Assembly (NCBI GenBank): GCA_002633005.1
Contig: NMRA01000189.1
Span: 492,862-556,861 of the forward strand
Reading direction: 5' to 3'
Source: Phoronis australis
Taxonomy: Eukaryota > Animalia > Phoronida
Length of the DNA: 64,000 nt
In this document: in pieces, positions 11,754 through 24,084 of the stretch
How the letters are laid out: every line of letters starts with the position of its first letter
How positions within the stretch are numbered: the stretch's first letter is position 1
Position numbers and translations under genes: made by a program
Notes under the pieces: model-generated
What the model was told of the DNA's origin: nothing
What the model saw: only the letters and a program-made list of their open reading frames with translations
Database searches by the model: none

Positions 11754-12543
11754 NNNNNNNNNNNNNNNNNNNNNNNNNNNNNNNNNNNNNNNNNNNNNNN
11801 NNNNNNNNNNNNNNNNNNNNNNNNNNNNNNNNNNNNNNNNNNNNNNNNNNNNNNNNNNNNNNNNNNNNNNNNNNNNNNNNNNNNNNNNNNNNNNNNNNNN
11901 NNNNNNNNNNNNNNNNNNNNNNNNNNNNNNNNNNNNNNNNNNNNNNNNNNNNNNNNNNNNNNNNNNNNNNNNNNNNNNNNNNNNNNNNNNNNNNNNNNNN
12001 NNNNNNNNNNNNNNNNNNNNNNNNNNNNNNNNNNNNNNNNNNNNNNNNNNNNNNNNNNNNNNNNNNNNNNNNNNNNNNNNNNNNNNNNNNNNNNNNNNNN
12101 NNNNNNNNNNNNNNNNNNNNNNNNNNNNNNNNNNNNNNNNNNNNNNNNNNNNNNNNNNNNNNNNNNNNNNNNNNNNNNNNNNNNNNNNNNNNNNNNNNNN
12201 NNNNNNNNNNNNNNNNNNNNNNNNNNNNNNNNNNNNNNNNNNNNNNNNNNNNNNNNNNNNNNNNNNNNNNNNNNNNNNNNNNNNNNNNNNNNNNNNNNNN
12301 NNNNNNNNNNNNNNNNNNNNNNNNNNNNNNNNNNNNNNNNNNNNNNNNNNNNNNNNNNNNNNNNNNNNNNNNNNNNNNNNNNNNNNNNNNNNNNNNNNNN
12401 NNNNNNNNNNNNNNNNNNNNNNNNNNNNNNNNNNNNNNNNNNNNNNNNNNNNNNNNNNNNNNNNNNNNNNNNNNNNNNNNNNNNNNNNNNNNNNNNNNNN
12501 NNNNNNNNNNNNNNNNNNNNNNNNNNNNNNNNNNNNNNNNNNN
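11754..12543. other. Assembly gap
   Basis: Run of N. Confidence 1.
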
Positions 12544-13725
12544 CACTCGAACAATACCCCAATGTTTATAAAAAATATTCTGAAATTCCGCAATTGTACA
12601 ACAAAATTAATTTCTTTCTATATGGATGTCAAGAACTTAACTCAAACGAAAATAAGGTTTTATTTGAAATAGTATCAGAATTTCTTTATAACATTAAATC
12701 TCTTTGTGTGAGTGGATAGAATTTTATACATCTGTTGTCTTTTTCATTGTATTCTTAACATCAGTGTTTTTTATTTATGTATTCGTATATAGTCATTGTA
12801 TATAGACTTTTTTGTATTTTTTTTACCCAGATCTAATGCCTCTTGACGCTTTCTGGGTTATGTATATTCACTGTATTCTGAAGATTTCGTAATAAACATT
12901 AAAAAATGGAAACCTTAAACGAGTCATAACCAAGATGGGTCTCATTCTCGTCTCGTATACCGCAAAAGGCTTCTGGCCACCTCCTTACTTTTTATGGTCT
13001 CGAGCAATAACGATCTATCAGAAATTTAGTCTTTCACTTCGCACAATTACTCCTGAAAAAATAAACTCACTTAAGCAATAGTTCAAGGCATCTTAGAGTA
13101 TACGTATAACTACAAGTTCTACACTCTGATGCGCCCATTAACTATATATGACGTCAAAGGCAAAAAAGTGAAACAGGCGACACTGGGAAGGTACCACAAT
13201 GACAATAAGTGCTTCGAGAGGTACCCCTACAAAAAATAAAACTTGTGGCAATGGAAGAGGAACAGGTTGAATACGTGGCTCCATAAAATGATGATATTGA
13301 ACTGATACCGACTGAAATATAAACATCAAACCGCAATCTAAGAAACACAAGGTCAAAAGAAGTTCTAGAACACGACGCTTGGAAAAGACCTAGGTCGTCC
13401 GATAAACAGCATGTGCCTCTCCAGTGACATAGTTTGGGTAAACTACGAAAACGGAAGAAACGCATAATACAATAGAAATTGCGAACAATGTGTGGAAGAA
13501 TTAGAGCTGATGGATGCAGCAAAACACTTGGAAGATGGGATGTTTTTCAAGATAAGAGTCCTTAAAACTATCGAGGACGTGATTGCTGCAGAGTTGTTTC
13601 AGCTTAAAACCTGTACGTGTAAACCCGTGAATGAATGTCGAGAGAACGTTTCTACTAAACGCCTAGTATATCAATTGTGTATGTGATATTGAAAAAGAAT
13701 TCACATGGTAAGGCAGTGGAGATAA

Positions 13726-14197
13726 CAGCCTCGTCTCCAAACCTGAAGACGGCGCTGATCGGTTTAGCCATTTGAGGTTTGGTTATGGGAAACAAATGTG
13801 TCAGAATTCTGACGGAAATCGTCGTAACATGACGAGTAATATAACATTGAAAATTTCTGCAGGTAAAAATGAAAGTTAACGGTATATTACAGCAATTTAA
13901 GTCTAAATTATTGCAAAAATGATGTATTTTGATATGAAAACATTTTACATTTATTACCGTATACTATTAGTAAACAAGAATTGAAAATAAGTGCGCGAAC
14001 AATCTTTATGTCAAACAACAACCAAAACAATGTCTTCTTCATGAATAGCAGCAACAACGCCTGTGAAAATAATTAAAATGTGCCTGTGTTTTAAAGACGT
14101 CAAGGCAGTGGCCAATCATTGAGCAGAAGGTGTTTCACTGCCAAGCCTCAAATGGCTAAACCGATCAGCGACATCTTGAGGCTTGGGGACGAGGCCG
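13726..14197. mobile_element. MITE with 9-bp target duplication (MULE-like)
   Basis: About 55-bp TIRs (CAGCCTCGTCTCCAAACC..GATCGGTTTAGCCATTTGAGG and its reverse complement); TGGAGATAA at both 13717-13725 and 14198-14206. Confidence 0.85.
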
Positions 14198-14346
14198 TGG
14201 AGATAATGGGGCTATTCGGAGAATTCTCCTCGCGGAGTCGCTGCTGTACTAGTGGTGATTGAATTGCGCATGCGTGGCTGTCTGCATGTAAACAACTGGT
14301 AAAAGATGGAATTTTTATCAAAATACGTCGTCGCGCTAAGCCTTAT

Positions 14347-15240
14347 TACTGCTAATTTCCCTGGTGCAAGTCTTCGACAGGTGGCCACAAATTCCCAAAA
14401 GACCTAAGGTTACTATATTCGTGGACAACTGCGGTCAACAGGGTCAACTAACTGACAAAAAGTGTGTGGATGCTGAAGCCCCGTGTGTGCTCTATGTCTA
14501 TGCAGTTCCATTCGGAGACTACACAACATTACTTGGTAAGTTTTTAGCAATCAGTTTCTATCAACATCGTTCGGTGATGTTATCCCCACCAGTTACCCCA
14601 CTGAATAACAGTTTTATTGAGTGGAACTAAGTGTTTCTTTTTGGAAACTCACCCGATGCCGGGTAGGCTAGCAGCACATATTCATATTGTCCTGGGTGGG
14701 AGTGCTCCCAAAATAAGAGGTGTATGGTACGTGATGCACAGAAGTCAAGAGTGACTTTTTCACAGCAGTTTCTCTTCAAAACTATGCTGTTTCCAATAAA
14801 ATTCTCTAGATGAGTGAGTTTCCTTATTTTATCGTGGACCCCACCCCCAGGACCACCAGCTCAGTTATCGAATTAACATGAATAAGCCTTAATTCAGTAA
14901 ATGTCGTAACATTGCATTGGAAAAAAATTGACACCTAGAATGAATTTTACTTGTTGAGATCAGAAGCACATTTTAAGTGTCATGAAAAATACACATTGTT
15001 AAATCACTTTTAGCCTGTTTCACATATTTTAATTCAGATATTAAATAAGACTTGGGTACAAAGGTTATTAGTTTCTACACATAAACATGAAGATGAAATG
15101 TCAAGTATGTTCTGCCTTACAAAAGTAGTTTTGTCTTGTCTTTTCTTTTACAATTTGCTAATATTTCTATTCTGTTACAGGCAAGAAAAAACAACTGAAA
15201 CCAACCGCCTGACCATCTATTTCACCGTTGGACAAAGTGA
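14347..15240 (+). pseudogene. THAP domain of the ISL2EU transposase, split by an intron (14536-15180)
   Basis: YC*FPWCKSSTGGHKFPKDLRLLYSWTTAVNR..W..PRVCSM, then a G|GTAAG donor, a polypyrimidine tract with CAG acceptor, and GKKKQLKPTA*PSIS (AVPTIF-like box). Confidence 0.7.
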
Positions 15241-15599
15241 AAAGCAATCCTTCAGCAATAACCTGAGAGAATTGAACGTAATTCAGAAATTCAGCACCTG
15301 ATATGCCTGATTATGGACTCCCTCGCAATGTTGTTTCTTTCTGTGCTTTTTCAGTTTGCCATTTGTTTTTAAATACACTGATAATTGTTTATTCTCGAAT
15401 CTTGTGCATAGCAGATTCTTATCCAGCTAGCTACAATTGAAAACATACAATAAGACAATCGATGCAGTCACTGAATGTCATTTCCCCATAATCTGTACCA
15501 AATTGAAAAGTTTTTACCAATAGTATAAAGCCTTTCTTCTGAAAGGAAAATTTAATGTCACTCAGCTTTTGGCTTTCATTTCACTGGGTTCTAGTTTCA

Positions 15600-17627
15600 A
15601 TGGCCTATAGAAGCGCTTGTAAAAAAGGTCCAGTTTCAACACGTGGCTTTCTTTCATGTAACCTCATTCAGCCTCAATAACATCCACAATTAGACCCTTG
15701 AAGGTAAACACAGCAGCATATCACTTGAATCGTTTTGAGCCCAAAATCAGACTCTGAACTAGACCAGAGTGTGACTAGGTCTTCTTTAGCTTCAGTCCCT
15801 CATGTTTCTTCCAGGAAAGGAAATAAGCTATTGTCCACACATGACTCATTGCCTATGAAAGGGCATCCTCACCAACAAGGCTTATTTGTGTAGCAGTCAG
15901 ATATAGTTCGTCTGGATACACAGACACTCCACTGGCACATTGTCTTATGGTAACTTAGTACTGCGATTCACATTTCTCCAGGGCCACTGACTTGCACATT
16001 GTGCCATGCAGCACTGCTGGTGTGTGGAAGTGCTGTGGGAAGAGAACGGAGTAACAAAGCTTGTCTATGATACAGCTTGAAGTGGCCTTAAAATGTCACT
16101 GAACCTGGAACAAATATTGAAATATGAATAATTAAGTACTCCAGATTGGATCAAAAATGTTATCCCTGTTTTTCAAAAATATATGGTGATTGGTCTACAG
16201 TTTCACATAAAAGTAAATAATTACTATTTTCAGAAACCAAGGGTGTATATAATGAGTATTGCATAAAACTGTGTCTTTATTTTTTATCCCTAGCCATAAC
16301 AATTCTTTAAACGCATCACTTGTCTGTAAAATATACAAGTTTTTTGAGACAACTTCAAACCTTTGTTACCCATTTTCAAGCCTTTTTAATTTTGATACTT
16401 TCAGCAATTTTAAACTCAGATTACAGGTTCATGGGTCTGTCAAGCATACTTCTAGCCTAAGGTTGAGGGAACCGTTTTTCTTCTAATAGAAGATATGAAG
16501 ACTTGGGTCATTTAAAAATGATGGATAATCTTTCTGTTGTTTAAGAGTAATTACAAATCGTAAGGCACCATCAAAAATGCAATTTTCACAAAAATGGCAG
16601 TCATTTGAATTTATAACGACTTGCAACATTTCAAGGCATGAGTTAAGACTATTCAGTCACTGTGAATTCGGAAAATGTAATATATTTTCGTGGTTTTACA
16701 ATTGATACAAGTAGCAAAACAGTTTCATGAAATCAACTTGAAGGGACTTCGTGAAGGTTAAGAATTACCTCACCATGCTCTTTTCCCCAAACATGTATTA
16801 CCTGTTATTTCCACACATTCAGTTGTACCAAATATTACAACCCCCCATGCCAATCCCCCCTCAGGACCTGAATAAGTAATTTAACAAAATGACTTTAAAA
16901 ATAGCTGTTCCTTTTCAAAGGCTTTGTTCGTTGTCTCCAATATTGAAAGTAGGCTTTGACAACAGATCTGCACTGGATGGGAAGATCTTGTTGGTTAGCT
17001 GCAGTCAAATGCTAAAAACCAATTTTTGTCCATTCAGGGACGGTGCAGAAGCGATGCATATCTCCTCTGCACGGTACAAGCCTTCAAACCTAAAAACCAA
17101 AGGTTACGTGAAAACTGACGTGATAGATTTCCATTTCAACGTGTAATAGATTTCCAGAAGACATATGATAGGGAGTAAACAAATAGTCTAATGCAATGGA
17201 TATTTATCACTCACGTACCCTTTGCCATTGGGATTGGATTGTAATCTTAACTCATTAACCTGTATCGAGTTGACAGCATAAACATTCAGCATTGATTGAT
17301 GTAACTGTCACTGATAAACTTTTAGAAATCATTCCAAACAATAATAATGCTTTGATGTACGAAAAGATCCCGATTGCTACGTCAAGTATCGTATCACATA
17401 TCACAACATACAAAGATTAACCAGACTCTGGCTGGCGACTGACTGCCGCGAAGTCGACATCGGCGAGTGCCTCAGTTAACAGGCATCGGTAGAATAATCA
17501 TGGAATAATCGTTAAAATAATCACAAACCTTACCTTTGTATGAGGTCGTGCTTACTTCCTCTCATAGAAGCACCCTTTTTACGCAATCTCAGATTCAGTT
17601 GGCACGGCTGCAAGCCATTTCACCATG
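15600..17627 (-). pseudogene. Multi-exon SAP / SWIM-like / YqaJ (lambda-exonuclease family) gene relic
   Basis: Exon 1 LRKKGASMRGSKHDLIQR|GTAAG is SAP-like; the acceptor at 17090 continues FEGLYR. The last exon TPAVLHG..YPDELYLTA..VGED..LKLKKT..VFTFKGLIV..KLDLFY follows the YqaJ pattern with many stops. Confidence 0.7.
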
Positions 17628-17949
17628 TATTTAAAGGGCTCGCGAAATCGAGGCTGTTAATCTATCACCACTAGTACACGCACGCCCTCTAGTTATTGTA
17701 GATTTTCCGAATAGCCCCATTGAGACACTTTTACATAAAGGACATTGCTCAGTGTACATTTACCAGTAAAAGCATGTGCGACCTGAGTGAAGGTATAAAT
17801 TTTACAATTTATAATCGAGATATGAAATATGTGCCTGTAAATGATTTCGAAGATGAATCTGGGTTATTTTTGTTTCAAAAACACCAGCTGCCATTTTGGC
17901 TGACGAGATCAAAAACCTTGATTCACTGATACAAGTTAAAAATCCTTTC

Positions 17950-18600
17950 ATCAACCTGACTACGTGTAGACTACGGTCTGAAAAATATTTTTTTCGATGC
18001 GGCCGAGATCAAAGAGTCTTGGGGCACACCCCTCTGTCACTTGCTGACATTTTACTCGGCGAGTTTGACTAACATCCCCACTGAAATCTCATGGCTAGAA
18101 TGAAGATCCAATGTTATGGTGCATGTACAAATGACGAATACACTGACGATGACTGTGGATAAATCCGACCAGACGAATTAAGCACGTGGTCACCTGTAAA
18201 CTCTAATTTATATTTGAGATACGTGTACAACACATGCGCCGTCAGGGAAGAAACAAAACACCTCTCCAAACCATGCTGGGACAGTATGTCGATGGAAAGA
18301 CGTGAAGCATAGAAGTACTGACAATTCTTAACAGTTCTGGGGCTCATACCGGCTACCTGGATGTGAAACGTTTTCGACATCGTGTTCAGCCAGCAGAAGC
18401 TGGTATTGCAGTGCGATACTTGGTCGTTTTTCAGCTCAGCGAGTTTGTTGCGAACTGTCGTTGTCTCTTCAATTTGAACTTGAGAACATGATCAATGTTG
18501 TGAAGCAGCTTGGAAAATCAGACAGAATATCTTTCGAGACTTTGACCCGTAAACTATCTGCGACATGCTTCTTGATGTTTGGAAAGAATGCATTAAGTGC
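17950..18600 (-). mobile_element. Highly decayed LINE RT fragment
   Basis: Minus-strand RGVPQDSLIS near 18005-18035 resembles GVPQGS; the surrounding frames are broken. Confidence 0.35.
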
Positions 18601-20485
18601 TTGAATGTATCCATCGCTGGTTCCCTGCATGCTCAGCCCAGCCAGCTACCGCCCCACCTAGCGGCACGCAGGGAACCAGCGAGGAGTGTATCCATCCAAC
18701 TGCCTTAAGATCACATTTTTACTCTTTCCTTTTAGTGTAATATTCGTGTAAGAGAAACTTATATACAGAGCGTGGTGTAATATTCGTGTAAGTGAAACTT
18801 ATATACAGAGCGTGGGCTATATTTAGATCCATTTTTAATGTGAAATTTGTAGAACTTGTTGGGTGCTTGTTCCTGACGCTCCGTATGAGTGCTGATTTTG
18901 TCGGCGAACAAAGCGTAGAGAAAAATTCAGCTTATCAGGTAAACATTACTATAAAGGAGATGCCGCGTTTTGTATCAAGAAACTGGTTCCTGATTTGGAA
19001 CAATTGGCATTATAAAACTGTTCTCGCATAGTTCCTTATTCAGATTTACTGAAGTATTGGAGAGAAATAGCACTCCAACGAGTTGGCTTGACACGGCTGG
19101 TCATTTTATGCTAGTTTCAAACAATAAATGAATTCTTATGTCACTCAAAGTGTAATAATCACCGGTTTTATAACATCAAGTGGCACGATGGACATAGGGA
19201 GGGTTTATAGTCATGATTACCTATCCATTGTACTGTTGGCTGATGCCGAACCTGGGTAAAATTGAAAACTACTGACAACCAAAAAAATTTTAAAAATACC
19301 GTGGGCGAGTCTTACACCTGTAATTAACACCAAAGAACTCTTGTTGATGCACAAAAGAGGAAAAAAATAAGGCCACGTGGAGCAGTAAACTTCGATTTCC
19401 TTAATTTTCGCTCCCGGAAGCTTGCCTGCTAAATCGTATCAATGACGCACTAATTACCATATCCATCGGCGATATCTATACTTCTTCTTTGGATTCTAAG
19501 CCAATTTTCAATTCCGTTGTGATCAAAATCTAAAGTAAATGGCCAATCCAAGAACACTTGCAAAAACTCTTATTTTTAGGAAAAGTTTGGTGTCGTTTCA
19601 AACAAGTCCAGTGTCATGATTGGGCAAATAATTAGTATGTAATGATCATTACATGCTGACTTGCGTATCTGTCATGGTCTTCAGATTGCTGTAGGCGTGT
19701 TATTGTAAAGCTATACGTATTGCCTCACATAATAGCGCGCCAGCAAGCACTTATTTGTGCTTTCTATTTTTAATTCATCTCCTTCAGGCTTTTTATTGTT
19801 CCAGGGTTGCAAAGACTGTATTTTTGTATTATGTCCCGTTTTCCGGTTACGTCATAATGAATGACTATTTTTGCCAACCCAACACTCCTTTCATCCTTGG
19901 AAGCGGAGCACCTATGTTCATCACAGGACATACTATGTCGAGCATAAATATCATTTTGAAGTAAGCATAACTGAAACATTTGTATTTACACCATTGCATG
20001 CAAACAAGACTTGTATATCCTACTTATTCGTAAGTGAGACACACAGACAACTTCTTTCTATTATTTCTTATAATGCAGTCCGAATTGATATCAGTTTTGT
20101 GACGTGAGTTCATGCCAGTTCTGACAGCCAGTCTTCACCTATTTTTTTCTCATGTTTTTCTTCACGCGACGCAGACACGAAAACGATTTCCTCATTGTGC
20201 CCCCTACATGCCCACAGTTAAAGGCGAAGGCAACCTTTTTCCACGTCATTTTGAGCTAAAATAAGGTTGGTTGGTTATCCTAGACATATTTTCCACTTAA
20301 TTATAGCTTTTCGTAATTTTATTAATTACTCGTCCGCTATTCCGGAAGTGACGTTTTAGGAGGCAAGCATTTCGCGCCAATTTCTTTTCATATAGTCGAC
20401 TGTGAGAGCTGCCGAGTCAGTCATTGTTCTACCTCGGTTGTGTTAAGTTCCGTCGTCGTTTGCTTTCATTTACTAGTCAGTCAAC

Positions 20486-20615
20486 ATGCCACACCGTTGC
20501 TGCGTACCGGGATGTACTAATTATCGGCTCACGCGCGCTTTTGGAGTACCTTTGCATCGCTTTCCGATGGATGACACACTTCGCCGTACTTGGCTCGTTC
20601 GTGTGAAGAACGCAG
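20486..20615 (+). CDS. THAP zinc-finger N-terminus of a Kolobok transposase (partial, runs into the gap)
   Basis: MPHRCCVPGCTNYRLTRAFGVPLHRFPMDDTLRRTWLVRVKNA has the THAP CCVPGC..HRFP..W signature and is uninterrupted up to the gap. Confidence 0.8.
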
Positions 20616-21162
20616 NNNNNNNNNNNNNNNNNNNNNNNNNNNNNNNNNNNNNNNNNNNNNNNNNNNNNNNNNNNNNNNNNNNNNNNNNNNNNNNNNNNNN
20701 NNNNNNNNNNNNNNNNNNNNNNNNNNNNNNNNNNNNNNNNNNNNNNNNNNNNNNNNNNNNNNNNNNNNNNNNNNNNNNNNNNNNNNNNNNNNNNNNNNNN
20801 NNNNNNNNNNNNNNNNNNNNNNNNNNNNNNNNNNNNNNNNNNNNNNNNNNNNNNNNNNNNNNNNNNNNNNNNNNNNNNNNNNNNNNNNNNNNNNNNNNNN
20901 NNNNNNNNNNNNNNNNNNNNNNNNNNNNNNNNNNNNNNNNNNNNNNNNNNNNNNNNNNNNNNNNNNNNNNNNNNNNNNNNNNNNNNNNNNNNNNNNNNNN
21001 NNNNNNNNNNNNNNNNNNNNNNNNNNNNNNNNNNNNNNNNNNNNNNNNNNNNNNNNNNNNNNNNNNNNNNNNNNNNNNNNNNNNNNNNNNNNNNNNNNNN
21101 NNNNNNNNNNNNNNNNNNNNNNNNNNNNNNNNNNNNNNNNNNNNNNNNNNNNNNNNNNNNNN
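20616..21162. other. Assembly gap
   Basis: Run of N. Confidence 1.
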
Positions 21163-22562
21163 TGTGAACAAGGTCTCCGTCACTCACACTACTGTCACTG
21201 TGATACGGGTCACCGACTCCAGCCATTTTCAGCTTACAACACACTAAACAATCCCTAAATCCAACGTAGTTGAGTTCTCTACTAACCTATCTTGCCGCAG
21301 AGTACTCGCCGATGGAAAGTGGTGGCGACAATTGGTGAAAAATAGCACAAAACAGAAGTAGAATAGAACAGATTCGCACAGTAAACTCAATGCAAAACCA
21401 AGTGGCGGGAAACGCCTCCTAAAACGTCACTTCCGGAATAGCGGACGAGTAATTAATAAAATTACGAAAAGCTGTAATTAAGTGAAAAATATGTCTAGGA
21501 CAACCAATCAACTTTATTTTAGCTCAAAATGACATGGAAAAAGGTTGCCTTCGCCTTTAAGTGCAAGCGATAATTAAGAATGTATGGATGTAAATGGTCT
21601 TCGTACGCACACTCCAGACATTCAATAAGATTGAAGTCCTTTGGTGAACCCGTCAATACATCTCTAGTCTCGCTGCTACTCTTTCACGTCAAATCGAGAC
21701 AAGAGGATGGTAAAGTCGTCTTCACAAAATTTCAGTTCCTCAACCGTTTCCGTCAACTCACCATCAGCTGTAAACGCTGACTAGTTCGTCGTTGTGCCTA
21801 TCTATTTCACTAAACTTCTGTGGTCAAACTTAACGTTTCAGTGGCAAAGAAAGGATAAAGTCACGTGCCTAAGTTAGTGTTCCTTGGCAGAACTTCTAGA
21901 TGCATTATGGAGGTACATGTTTCTGATTGTCATTTGGGCTCTTGGGGCTACAAGAACTGTAGATACCAAAGCCTCTGCTATTCGAGGTGGCGTCATAAAC
22001 CTTTGATCTCACTGTTCTCGTGTTTTCCACCCGCTCCTTGTATTCACCAATAATCTTTTATGCGCCATACGCATTATTATCTCTCTTCTGGAGTGTTGTT
22101 GATATTGAGCGAACACTTTTCCACACACTCGTGTGAATACGCGATTACATTTACACGATGCTTTGAAACGATGAAAACACGACTTGGCCGGGTATTTGTT
22201 CAAGTTTCTTGATCCTACGTGGCACATTGTCAGCGGCCAACTTATAAGTTTGGGTAACTACACTATTGGTCCAAAACGTACTCAGAGATCATGATGTTTG
22301 TGCGTGTCAAAAATAACCAACACGCATAAACTTCAACCAAGGGGGTTTTGCACCGGCCAATTAGTATTTACTTTTTCATTTCTATAACCTTATTTTCAAG
22401 CACGAAAAACCCTGTCGATTTGGAGATGTGCCGAAGATAGCGAAAACTGCGGCCAGGGGACCTTTCATATTTTGAATACAGGTCACGAAACGGGGGTTTG
22501 TAATGCTGACATCCCGTTTTATTCGCTAAACACCATCATTATATCACTGGCCCCGTGGTCTA

Positions 22563-22944
22563 GCCTAATCTTTTTACTCAAAATGGAACTCAAAATTGTT
22601 TTTGACATTTTCTATTCTACTTTTGTGTGAACTCAGGATAAGTGTCTATTATTCTATACTCGAGTGCATATAGTGGCTTACTGTACGTGGAATAATGCGT
22701 TAAGGCTACAAGTTGGAATCTAAACTCAAAATTTCGTATTTTTACTCGAAATCTCGAGTATTTTACTGAGTTTGCAGATCGAATCTAGGAATCACCAAGT
22801 GTGGCCTTGGACCAGAAACTCATATGCATGAACCATAATGCACTCGAGCAGAGCCTAGACCCTTTTCTTGAGTTTGAAAAGAAGTCTAGAATGGAAAATG
22901 CCAAAAATAATTTTGAGTTTGATTTCCCGTTCACGGATTAGACT
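22563..22944. mobile_element. Diverged MITE with terminal inverted repeats
   Basis: GCCTAATC..AACTCAAAATTGTTTTTGACATTTTCTATTCTA versus TAGAATGGAAAATGCCAAAAATAATTTTGAGTT..GATTAGAC; an internal motif recurs near 63280-63320. Confidence 0.55.
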
Positions 22945-23159
22945 TTGTCCCCTGAGCCACGTTCCAAGCGAACTGGTCTTTACATTTCATAACGTCCACG
23001 TGATGGTCATTTGAACGTTTTATTGTGGTGCTATGTGTTGCCTCGCCTGACATTACTTAGTACTGGACCCATACAGTACTGGGTTGAGATCCGTATGTGC
23101 AAGAATCTCGCGATGGAAGCTAGTTTGATCACGTGCTTCGTTTGTATTACATGGCGATA

Positions 23160-23301
23160 CAGGGGCGGCGCAGCACTGAAAAAAGTGGGGGCTGAAGCCC
23201 CCTCAGCCCCCTGTGGTGCACCGCCTATAGATCATGTGCGGCGTAGCACTAAAAAAAGTGTAGGGGCTGTAGCCCCCCCCCCCCATGGTGCGCCGCTCAT
23301 G
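23160..23301 (+). mobile_element. Tandem dimer of an ~70-bp GC-rich mini-element
   Basis: Two copies of GGCGCAGCACTGAAAAAAGTGGGGGCTG..CCCC..TGGTGCGCCGC; CGATA flanks the dimer on both sides; a third copy lies near 53453-53525. Confidence 0.65.
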
Positions 23302-24084
23302 CGATATGTCGTGAAAGTCATGGCATGCGTGATCTATCGTATTGGCGAGCTAGAGTTCTCGCGTCTACGAACGTACGCATGACAACGCATGCAACTCAAT
23401 AAGTGGAAAACTGACAATTAAATTTAGTGCCGTGGTCAGCGCTGCCGGCGGTCTATAGAAACGAAAATAAAAAACTAGTGGTTTTGATTGCCAATTTGGA
23501 TAAAAGGGGGATCCGGACCCAATGCGTCACCCTGGTTCCACCTGTAAAATACCACGCTGCATGGTTAAACGCCAGTTTACATTTCTTTAACCTAATGCAG
23601 ATTACATGCAAATATGCAAGTGCATTATGCTTAGAATTATAATAATGGCTCCACCAACAAATTAAAATGATTTGTCAACACAACTGAAAAAAACAGGATA
23701 CGGTGTAGTGATGATAACAAAGATTAAGTGATGGACAATGAAAATGATTGTAAACATAATAACGTAACTAATTATTACCATCCGTTTTGTTTCTCTAGCC
23801 ATTGTGATGTTATAAACTTAACAAAAAGAGAATATTTGTAAAACTTCATATGCAATGTATTTTTATTACAATTTTCTTTCAGTCTTCATATGTCACGATT
23901 TGTACTGCTCTGTTTAAAAGTATGCTTTAAAGTTGCCATTGATGCCCTAGTAACTGTAATGTATGTTATGACGAAGACTCCATTGAATCTTCGCATTCAT
24001 TAATGACTAATTAAGGTATTGATTACTAGTCGACAAAAGTTCAATAATCCCTTGATCCCGCATGACAACTGTCGTGGACTTTTA

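Larger units (their letters stand above)
8460..12906 (+). mobile_element. Near full-length CR1/L2-group non-LTR retrotransposon
   Basis: APE and RT ORF at 8460-11307. After the gap the C-terminal motif FFLYGCQELNSNENK..LFEIVSEFL (about 12605-12695) is followed by a T-rich 3' UTR, AATAAA and an A tail near 12890-12906. The 5' boundary is uncertain. Confidence 0.85.
14208..17718. mobile_element. Decayed ISL2EU-like (PIF/Harbinger-related) DNA transposon
   Basis: TIRs GGGGCTATTCGGA / TCCGAATAGCCCC, subterminal inverted TGTACTAGTGGTGAT, AT on both flanks. Convergent THAP (+) and SAP/SWIM/YqaJ (-) relics match the known ISL2EU arrangement. Confidence 0.8.
20222..21556 (+). mobile_element. Kolobok transposon with THAP start and a convergent second-ORF start; middle lost in a gap
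   Basis: TTAA|AGGCGAAGGCAACC..GGTTGCCTTCGCCT|TTAA with about 145-bp TIRs. THAP ATG at 20486; the minus strand has an acidic start MAGVGDPYHSDSSVSDGD near the right end, where KolX would be expected. Confidence 0.88.

Noticed and set aside
11720-12672. Long ORFs in the ORF track
   Set aside because: Artefacts of translating N runs. The same applies at 20477-21258 apart from the real THAP start.
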